Assembly (NCBI GenBank): GCA_903901425.1
Contig: CAIURC010000078.1
Location: 29,828 to 93,827, forward strand
Reading direction: 5' to 3'
Length of the DNA: 64,000 nucleotides
Origin: an uncultured Spartobacteria bacterium
Lineage (GTDB): Bacteria > Verrucomicrobiota > Verrucomicrobiia > Chthoniobacterales > Chthoniobacteraceae
Shown: piece after piece, positions 54,243-61,871 of the stretch
How the letters are laid out: each line of letters starts with the position of its first letter
Numbering within the stretch: the stretch's first letter is position 1
Notes under the pieces: model-generated
Database searches by the model: none
What the model was told of the DNA's origin: nothing
What the model saw: only the letters and a program-made list of their open reading frames with translations
Program-made: the position numbers and the translations under genes

Positions 54243-55199
54243 ATGGATGCCCGTTCCTGGTTTGCTCGGATGATTCTGAGCGCGGCGCTTCTGCTGGGAT
54301 CCGGGGCGGAGTTCTGGGCGGCGCCTCCAAAGAAGGACAACTCGGACGACATGTGGGTGGCCGCGGTGGAAGGGGTAAAGCTCCCGCAAAACGTGACCCA
54401 CCACACGCTTGAAAGCCCATCCATGAAAAGGATGGTGGGTTATTGCGTCTATCTGCCGCCGGGTTATTCCGAACACCCGGACCGCCGCTACCCCGTGATT
54501 TACCACTTGCACGGAGCAGGCGGGAACGAACTGCGGATGCTGTATTCCGCGGAGGTCTTGCACGAAGGAATTCTCCACGGGAAATGGCCGGAAATGATCG
54601 TTGTTTTTCCCAACGGAGGCCGGGCAACGATGTACCAAGATTCTGGGGACGGCCGGTACATGGCGGAGACACTGATCGTGCGGGAGTTGATCCCGCACAT
54701 TGACGCTACGTACCGGACGATTGCGGACCGGAAAGCCCGGTGCATCGAGGGGTTCAGCATGGGCGGCCGCGGGTCGACCCATCTGGCCATGCGGTATCCG
54801 GAATTCTTCGGATCGCTGTTCAACCAAAGCGGCAACGTTTACCATGTGTCGGACGTCTCCAAGGCGCCGAATCCCTACCTCGGTTCGGACCCGGCCCGGC
54901 TCCAGGCCAATGACCCGTACCTGAACCTGCAGAAGAATCTGGAGTTCATCCGGGCGAATCTCCGGATTCAGGTAGCCTGCGGAACGGCGGACCCGGAGCA
55001 CATTGTGACGGTGCGGGAATACCACCAAGCCCTGCTGGCTGCAGGTATTGAGCACGCCTACTTTGAGGCGGAAGGTGTGGCCCATGTGCAGAAGGACCTG
55101 ATCGCGACCCGGAAAGAGACGTGGTTCGATTTCCACACCGAGTCGCTCCTCAAAAACCAGGTCCCTCTCTTTTTCCGGAACCCGAAGTCGACGCCGTGA
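54243..55199 (+). CDS. Secreted alpha/beta-hydrolase (putative esterase family)
   Basis: YCVYLPPGY, YPVIYHLHGAGG, GFSMGG, GVAH; start uncertain (54204/54243/54270). Confidence 0.88.
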   Translation: MDARSWFARMILSAALLLGSGAEFWAAPPKKDNSDDMWVAAVEGVKLPQNVTHHTLESPSMKRMVGYCVYLPPGYSEHPDRRYPVIYHLHGAGGNELRMLYSAEVLHEGILHGKWPEMIVVFPNGGRATMYQDSGDGRYMAETLIVRELIPHIDATYRTIADRKARCIEGFSMGGRGSTHLAMRYPEFFGSLFNQSGNVYHVSDVSKAPNPYLGSDPARLQANDPYLNLQKNLEFIRANLRIQVACGTADPEHIVTVREYHQALLAAGIEHAYFEAEGVAHVQKDLIATRKETWFDFHTESLLKNQVPLFFRNPKSTP

Positions 55200-55311
55200 C
55201 CTGATTCTGCCGCCTGCACTGGTTGTGTTGGGTTGTGCCGGTTGCAGAGCTTTGTTCATTGGAAAACCCTCCTGGCTCGGGCCAGGCCCCATCGTTTAAG
55301 CTAAATAAGTT

Positions 55312-55329
55312 ATAAAATAGGTATTTTAT
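55312..55329. promoter_or_regulatory. AT-rich perfect inverted repeat upstream of the kinase-cyclase operon
   Basis: ATAAAATA-GG-TATTTTAT. Confidence 0.4.
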
Positions 55330-55457
55330 GGGTGCGCTGTGCTCCGCGGACAGGGAAAAATATCATCGTGGGAGTGCTGAGGGGATTTCGGATTTCGAAG
55401 GTTGCTGGGGAATGACGGCGTGTGACAACAATCCGGATCACCATTTGAACCGATTGG

Positions 55458-58400
55458 ATGTCCGCGCTTTCAGGGTATCGTCTTGAACGTCTGCTTTACA
55501 AAAGCACTGGTACGCTTGTGTGGCACGCGTCTGTGGCGGAGACCGGAGCTGCTGCGGTGGTGAAGCAACTCCGCTCTGACCGGGTAACCCCGATTCAGGC
55601 TGCGCGGTTCCGTGCGGAATACATTCTTGGGAGGGAACTGGCGGATGTGGATGGGCTATTGACCGCAGAGCGTTTGATCGCGGAGCCCGACTGCTGTGCG
55701 ATTGTTTACCCGCATTTTCCAGGAGAAACGCCGCGGTCTGCAACGGTCGTGGGCCAGGACGGGTGGGGACGGTTTCTGGGGTTTGCGATCCAGCTCACAC
55801 GTGTGCTTGGGAGATTGCACCGGCGGCGTGTGATTCATCGCGACATCAAGCCGGGAAACCTGCTTTTTAACCCCGCAACGGAGGAGTTGAGGGTGATCGA
55901 TTTTGGGATTGCGACCCGTCTTTCCAGCGACCTTCAGGCGCCGGTGCAGCCTGAGGAACTGGAGGGAACGCTGGAGTACATGGCGCCTGAACAGACCGGG
56001 CGAATGAACCGCCAGACGGATTACCGGGCGGATTATTACGCGCTGGGCGTGACGCTTTACGAGATCCTCACGGGCCAGCTCCCGTTCATGTCGGCAGACC
56101 CTTTGGAAATCATTCATTCCCATCTTGCCCGGGTTCCGCAGTCGCCGGCCGAGATCTGTCCCTCCATCCCCGGGCCACTTTGCCGGATTGTGTTGCGGCT
56201 TTTGGAAAAGATGCCGGAGGCGCGATACCAGAGCAGTGGTGGGATTTTGGAGGATTTGGAGGCGTGTGCGGCGGCATGGGCATCGGAGGGGGAAATTCCG
56301 GAATCGCTTCCGCTGTCTCGGGGTGGGGGCAGTGAGATCCTCGCGATTCCAACGCGTCTTTATGGTCGGGAAAAAGAGGCAAGCCTGTTGGCGAGAGCGT
56401 TTGCGCATGCGAGCCAGGGGGTTCCGTCGCTGCTGCTGCTCAGTGGACCGGCGGGCATTGGCAAGTCGGCGCTGGTCCATGAGTTGGACCGGAGTGTGTT
56501 CGTGAATCACGGGTGGTTCCTGTCCGGGAAGTTTGAACAACTGCGTCAGGACAGGCCATTTGGGGCGCTGAGCGAGGCGTTCGACGGGTTGGTCCGTGAA
56601 ATCCTCGCGCTCCCCGAGAACGCGCTGAAAGGGTGGCGGGAGGAGTTTGGTGCTGCGCTGGGACAGATGGGTGCGGTGCTCACGCCGTTGGTGCCGGGAC
56701 TGGAGGCCCTGCTGGGGCCCCAGCCCGCCGTGCCGGAACTTCCGCCGGGCCAGACGCTCGAGCGCCAGAACGAGTTGCTTCTTCGGTCGATCGCTGCCCT
56801 GCCCAAGGCTTCGCGGCCTGTTGTGCTGTTTCTGGATGACTGGCAGTGGGCAGATAGCGCATCCCAGAACTGGCTCGAGACGATGGTTGCAGCCGAAATC
56901 CCGCATCTGCTCCTGATCGTGGCATGGCGGGACGACGAAGTGCCAGCAGCGCACCCGTTTGCAAGCCGGGTCACAAAGCTGCTCCAAATCAAGGCCGATG
57001 CCCATGTGCTCCAACTGTCGCCTCTTTCTCCGCGACACGCGGCTGAATTCCTTCAGGACACGCTCCGGTCTGCGGACCCGGCCCTGGGTGAACTGGCCAG
57101 GATTTTTGTCGGAAAAACCCACGGCAACCCTTTTTACATACGTCAGTTGCTGCAGGCGCTGGATCTTGCGGGTGCAATCCAGTGGGAACCCGGGAAGGGC
57201 GGATGGCGGATCGATCCGGCCACCGTGGAGCGGATGGTGCTCACAGAGAATGTGGTCGATCTCTTGGTGACACGGCTCCGGCAGTTTCCCGAGGAGGTCA
57301 GTCTTCCCCTGCGAGTTGCGGCCGCGATTGGGACAGAGTTTGACCTCGCTCTCCTGAGCAAGACCTGCGGTCAGGCGCATCCGGAGTTGCTCCGGAACTT
57401 GGCGCTTCTCAGAGCCGAGAACTATGTGTTGCCCCACGACCGGTTTACCAAGGAGTTGCTGGCGGCCTCAGAAGCGCTGGATGCAGGGGCCGATGTGGAC
57501 CTTGGTGTGGCACGGTTCCGGTTTTCACATGACCGGATTCAGCAGGCCGCATATGAACTGGTGCCCGAGGAGGAAAGACCGCGGATCCACCTGAGTCTTG
57601 CACGGCATCTTGCGAGCAGGCCTGAGCAGCCGGGGCAGGGTGGGCTCTTCGAGGTGGCGGGTCATTACGCACAGGCAACGGCCCTTGTGGAGGAGGCCGG
57701 GGAACGCAGTCTCGCCCAACGCATTCTGATCCGTGCGGCGAAAGCTGCCCGCACGGCCGGTTCACCCGATGTTGCACTGCGCTACTTGGATGCAGCAAAG
57801 AATTTGCCATCCATCGGAGGGCGGGATGCCGTGCAGCGCTTTGCTGCCGAACTCTTGAGAGAACGCGGGATCGCGTCTGCACTACTCGGACGGCAGTCTG
57901 AGGCGGATGCCGCATTCCAGGAGTTACTTGGGTCGGGCGGCGACCGTGAAACAAAGGCGGATGTGCACCACTGGCAGATCTCGCTTGCGCTGAGTCGGGG
58001 GGACTTTCGGTCTGCGGTGACGGCTGCCTTGGAGGGCATCCAGTTGTTCTGCCCACCGATTCCCCGGAAGCCTGGGTTACTTCGGGTCGTGTGGGCGATG
58101 CTCAAGGTCAAGAGACGGCTGCGCGGACTGGATCCCGAACGGTTGCTGGACCTACCGAGGATGACCGACCCAGGCGGGCTCTGGATGCTGCGCCTACTGA
58201 CGCGGGGCAACACCGGTTTCCTTTTCGAGGATTCAATGCTGTACGCACTTGTGAACATCCGCCTTTTTGAGGCAACCCTCCGGCATGGCCTTGCGCCGGA
58301 GTCTGCAGGCAGCATCGCGGCGTGGGCCATCCTCCTTTGCACGGCCATGAACGATCCCGTCAGCGCCGCTCAATTTGTACGGGTGTCGATCCAGCATGCG

Positions 58401-60797
58401 GAAGCGTCTGGCGACCCGGAGCAGCGTTGTCTCTGCTATATGACGCAGGGCGGGATCATTGGGCACTGGCGCAACCCCTTGGCGGAGAGCCGTCCATGGA
58501 TCGAAAAAGCGATCCAAGCCAGTATGGAGTGCGGCCTTGTGGAATACACGGGTTACTGCCATTCGCACCTTTGTTTCCACAGTGCGTTTGAAGGCCGGCC
58601 CCCGGGGGAATGCATTCGACAGGCCGAGACGCTCCGTGCCCACGCCGCCAAGCATCGGCTGGAAGACGTTGTCCTCAACATGCTTGCGCTCCGGCAGTTT
58701 TCGAAGGCTCTGCTCGGAGAAACAGAATCCCCGACCAGCCTGAGCGACGAATCCATCCGTCACAACGACGTTGCACAGCAGGCACGCCATTTCCGGGCAA
58801 AAATTCCGGTGCAGTTTCTGAACCTCTGCGAGGGGCGTCTTCTGTTGTATGACGGGCGCCCGGAGGAGGCGTTCCGGATCCTTCACGGGAACGTGGCCTA
58901 CGATGCGGAATGTGTTGGCATGACCCAAATCCCGGACAACGCCTTTTACCTCGGGCTGGCTGCGGCTGGGGTTGCGGCGCGAGACCCACGTCGGGCCGGA
59001 TTCATGCGCAGGGTGCTCCACCGGCAGGTCCGGCGGTTTGAACGGTGGACTGGGTGGTGTGAGCCCAATTTTCTTGCGCGTCACCTCCTGTTGCAGGGTG
59101 CGCTTCTAGAGCTCCGTGGAAAGCCGTTTGAAGCCGTCCGGTTTTATGAGAGATCGAACGAATCGGCTCGGAGGCAGGGGCACTGGCACATCGCAGCGCT
59201 CGCGGCAGAGCGGTCGGCCCGGCTGGCACTTTTGCACGGGCATCCCCAGTCCTCAACGGCAGCGCTCCGCGAGATGCACAGCGCGTTATCTCACTGGGGT
59301 GCCAGTGCGCTCCTTGACAGGCTGGAGCGCGAATTCCCCTTCCTTGCGCTCGAGAAAGATCCGTACCTGTCCGAGGGTCCCTTCCCTGCCCTTGGGCGTG
59401 TCGGGACGCGGGGGGGAGCAGCGTCGACCTCGGCAGCTTCGCATCAGCTGGATCTCGGATCCCTGATCAAGTCCACCCAGGCGCTTTCTGGCGAGATTGA
59501 ACAGGCCAGGCTTGTGGACCGTATGTTGCAGATCGTACTCGAGAACGCCGGAGCAACCCGGGGCGTCCTTTTGCTCGCGGATGCAGAGGGCCTGCTCCGG
59601 TTCGAGGCAGAGTCGATTGGTGCAGGAGCGACGCATCCGCTCGGATCTGTTGCACTTGACGCTGCGAACGGACCCGCTGTGAGCCGGGCCGCCATCACGC
59701 TGGCTGTCCGGCAACGAGTCCCGCTGATCCTGCACAACACCCGGGACTGCCGAGAACTGGCCGGGGACGACTATCTCCGGTCAAAACCGCCGGGGGCGCT
59801 CCTTGTGCTTCCCTTACTCCAGCGGGTGAAGCTGCTTGGGGCGCTCTACTTGGAGAACAGCCTGACCACCCACGCCTTCACCCCCTCACGGGTGGGCTTT
59901 CTCACCTCGCTCGCATCCCAGATCGCGATTTCCCTCGAAAACGCCCGCCTCTACGCCGGGCTCAGCGAACTGAATCACGCCTACGAAAGGTTTGTCCCGA
60001 AACAGTTCCTGTCCCTGCTCGGCAAACGGCGGATCACCCAGGTCCGCGCGGGAGACAGCACCGAGCGCGAAATGACCGTACTTTTCAGTGACATCCGGGG
60101 ATTCACTGCCTTGTCAGAGGCGCTTTCGCCAGCGCAGACCTTTGACTTCATCAACAAATATCTTCGGTGCGTCACTGGCCCCATCCGGGACCGGGGTGGA
60201 TTCGTCGACAAGTACATTGGGGATGGCATCATGGCTCTTTTCGCGGATGCCCCGGACCGTGCGCTACACGCGGCGGTCGAGATGCTTCATGCGCTCAGGG
60301 ATTACAATTACGACCGGGCTGCCGCCGCGCCCGGAACGCCCCCCATCCGGATCGGGATCGGCATCAACACCGGCGAACTCATGCTGGGAACGCTTGGAAA
60401 CGAAGAGCGCATGGACGGCACCGTGATTTCCGACGCCGTCAATCTTGCCTCCCGGCTGGAGAGCCTCAACAAGGGCTACGAAACCACCGTTCTCATCAGC
60501 GAACATACCCGGCAGCGCCTGGAGCGGCCTGCGGATTTTTACATCCGCCGGATCGACCGGGTCCGGGTCAGGGGAAAGGTCCAGCCGGTCACGATCTACG
60601 AGGTTTTTGACGCCGACCCGCCTCATGTCCTGCGGTTGAAGGCCGAAACCGTGGAGGCATTTGAACAGGGTATCGATGCGTATCAACGGCATGAAATAAG
60701 CTTGGCACGGTCGCTTTTTGAGGAAATTGTCGCGCACAATCCGGAGGACTGTTGCGCGCGAATGTACGCGGACCGTTGTGGTCGCGAAGCCGTGTGA
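55458..60797 (+). CDS. Multidomain Ser/Thr kinase - P-loop (STAND-like) ATPase - helical repeats - GAF - class III nucleotide cyclase
   Basis: HRDIKPGN, DFG, YMAPEQ; GPAGIGKS, LFLDDWQWAD, GNPF; GAF LGALYLEN; FSDIRGFT, DKYIGDG, TVISDAVNLASRLE, VRGK. Confidence 0.92.
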   Translation: MSALSGYRLERLLYKSTGTLVWHASVAETGAAAVVKQLRSDRVTPIQAARFRAEYILGRELADVDGLLTAERLIAEPDCCAIVYPHFPGETPRSATVVGQDGWGRFLGFAIQLTRVLGRLHRRRVIHRDIKPGNLLFNPATEELRVIDFGIATRLSSDLQAPVQPEELEGTLEYMAPEQTGRMNRQTDYRADYYALGVTLYEILTGQLPFMSADPLEIIHSHLARVPQSPAEICPSIPGPLCRIVLRLLEKMPEARYQSSGGILEDLEACAAAWASEGEIPESLPLSRGGGSEILAIPTRLYGREKEASLLARAFAHASQGVPSLLLLSGPAGIGKSALVHELDRSVFVNHGWFLSGKFEQLRQDRPFGALSEAFDGLVREILALPENALKGWREEFGAALGQMGAVLTPLVPGLEALLGPQPAVPELPPGQTLERQNELLLRSIAALPKASRPVVLFLDDWQWADSASQNWLETMVAAEIPHLLLIVAWRDDEVPAAHPFASRVTKLLQIKADAHVLQLSPLSPRHAAEFLQDTLRSADPALGELARIFVGKTHGNPFYIRQLLQALDLAGAIQWEPGKGGWRIDPATVERMVLTENVVDLLVTRLRQFPEEVSLPLRVAAAIGTEFDLALLSKTCGQAHPELLRNLALLRAENYVLPHDRFTKELLAASEALDAGADVDLGVARFRFSHDRIQQAAYELVPEEERPRIHLSLARHLASRPEQPGQGGLFEVAGHYAQATALVEEAGERSLAQRILIRAAKAARTAGSPDVALRYLDAAKNLPSIGGRDAVQRFAAELLRERGIASALLGRQSEADAAFQELLGSGGDRETKADVHHWQISLALSRGDFRSAVTAALEGIQLFCPPIPRKPGLLRVVWAMLKVKRRLRGLDPERLLDLPRMTDPGGLWMLRLLTRGNTGFLFEDSMLYALVNIRLFEATLRHGLAPESAGSIAAWAILLCTAMNDPVSAAQFVRVSIQHAEASGDPEQRCLCYMTQGGIIGHWRNPLAESRPWIEKAIQASMECGLVEYTGYCHSHLCFHSAFEGRPPGECIRQAETLRAHAAKHRLEDVVLNMLALRQFSKALLGETESPTSLSDESIRHNDVAQQARHFRAKIPVQFLNLCEGRLLLYDGRPEEAFRILHGNVAYDAECVGMTQIPDNAFYLGLAAAGVAARDPRRAGFMRRVLHRQVRRFERWTGWCEPNFLARHLLLQGALLELRGKPFEAVRFYERSNESARRQGHWHIAALAAERSARLALLHGHPQSSTAALREMHSALSHWGASALLDRLEREFPFLALEKDPYLSEGPFPALGRVGTRGGAASTSAASHQLDLGSLIKSTQALSGEIEQARLVDRMLQIVLENAGATRGVLLLADAEGLLRFEAESIGAGATHPLGSVALDAANGPAVSRAAITLAVRQRVPLILHNTRDCRELAGDDYLRSKPPGALLVLPLLQRVKLLGALYLENSLTTHAFTPSRVGFLTSLASQIAISLENARLYAGLSELNHAYERFVPKQFLSLLGKRRITQVRAGDSTEREMTVLFSDIRGFTALSEALSPAQTFDFINKYLRCVTGPIRDRGGFVDKYIGDGIMALFADAPDRALHAAVEMLHALRDYNYDRAAAAPGTPPIRIGIGINTGELMLGTLGNEERMDGTVISDAVNLASRLESLNKGYETTVLISEHTRQRLERPADFYIRRIDRVRVRGKVQPVTIYEVFDADPPHVLRLKAETVEAFEQGIDAYQRHEISLARSLFEEIVAHNPEDCCARMYADRCGREAV

Positions 60798-61837
60798 GCA
60801 TCCGTGAGGTTTACAGCCCCGGCAAAGCCGAGATCCTGATGGGAACATCCCAACCACCTGCACCCGGCCGCCCTTACATTGCGAGGGGGGGCGAACAGAC
60901 CTTCGGTTCCCCGTACGAGGCTACGGATGTCACATACCGCTATTTCGTCATTAAGGCTGATCTGGCCGCCCTCAAAGAAACCTGTGACCGCTACCTGTCC
61001 ACCCCCGCCAACCGAGCTCCAGCCTACCAGCCCGTCACGCCCTACATCCTCTTTACATACGGCACGTTTGGTTGCCTCCGGTCGCTTACGGTTCCAGATA
61101 GCCAGCGCGGTTTTGTGCAGGAAACCGAGTGCGCACTCTGGCTGTTTTGCGCACCGATAGAGGACCACGGGGGGAACCCCGTTGCCGTCCGCCTCACCGG
61201 ATTCTGCCCCTATCTTTTCGTCGATAACCAGTTTGCAATCGCGTCCGGTCGTGAAGTGTACGGATTCCCTAAACAGCATGCGGCGCTCCAGTTTCCGCAA
61301 GATCCGGAAACTGTGTTCCGTGTTTCCACCCTCGTATTTCCCTCTGTGGGTGATGGTGTGAGGGAGGAGGAGCGCGAGGTGCTTTCCATCCATCCAGCGG
61401 CGGATGCGGCGCAGCATCCCTCCGCACTGGTGGAAGCCTGGAAAACCGCCGAAGGCGCGTTCCGATTTCTGGCGGACACATTTCTCCACGGGCATGGGGG
61501 GACGCCTGAGCTTGGGATGCAGTTTCTCTTCGACACCTTCCAGCACTTCACTTCACAGAGCCTTCGGATTGCGCTGCTCAAACAGAGCCGGTCTCCGTTT
61601 CACCCGGACACGGCCGATCTGCAAATGATCCTTGAGGCTCCCATGAAGTTCACCGCGGTCAAGGGCTGGCGGTTACTTCCGCCAGGGTACACCGTTCAGG
61701 TCGCGGATTTTCCAAGCCACCCGATCGCAGCGGAGCTTGGGATTCAGGCGGGTGTGCCGGTCCAGACCGAACTCGCGTTCGAGTTGGAGTACGATTTTTT
61801 GCTCGAGCCGGCTCAGCGGATTGCGGGCAGCGAGTGA
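60794..61837 (+). CDS. Acetoacetate decarboxylase-like (ADC superfamily) protein
   Basis: GTGA overlap with the cyclase stop; YLFVDN...SGREVYGFPK (Schiff-base Lys motif), LKQ, SHPI..ELG. Confidence 0.75.
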   Translation: MSIREVYSPGKAEILMGTSQPPAPGRPYIARGGEQTFGSPYEATDVTYRYFVIKADLAALKETCDRYLSTPANRAPAYQPVTPYILFTYGTFGCLRSLTVPDSQRGFVQETECALWLFCAPIEDHGGNPVAVRLTGFCPYLFVDNQFAIASGREVYGFPKQHAALQFPQDPETVFRVSTLVFPSVGDGVREEEREVLSIHPAADAAQHPSALVEAWKTAEGAFRFLADTFLHGHGGTPELGMQFLFDTFQHFTSQSLRIALLKQSRSPFHPDTADLQMILEAPMKFTAVKGWRLLPPGYTVQVADFPSHPIAAELGIQAGVPVQTELAFELEYDFLLEPAQRIAGSE

Positions 61838-61871
61838 GCAGGGTGGGCGATACAGGGCCTGAATATTTGAT

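Noticed and set aside
55294..55321. dif/Xer site
   Set aside because: One arm partly resembles XerD (GTTTAAGCTAA) but the other arm and spacing do not fit
3570..57437. Long antisense or alternate-frame ORFs (e.g. 3570-5261+, 9846-11594-, 14398-16119+, 36486-38087+, 43992-45758+, 48710-50704-, 55656-57437-)
   Set aside because: They shadow well-supported genes, lack motifs and are expected from stop-codon scarcity at high GC
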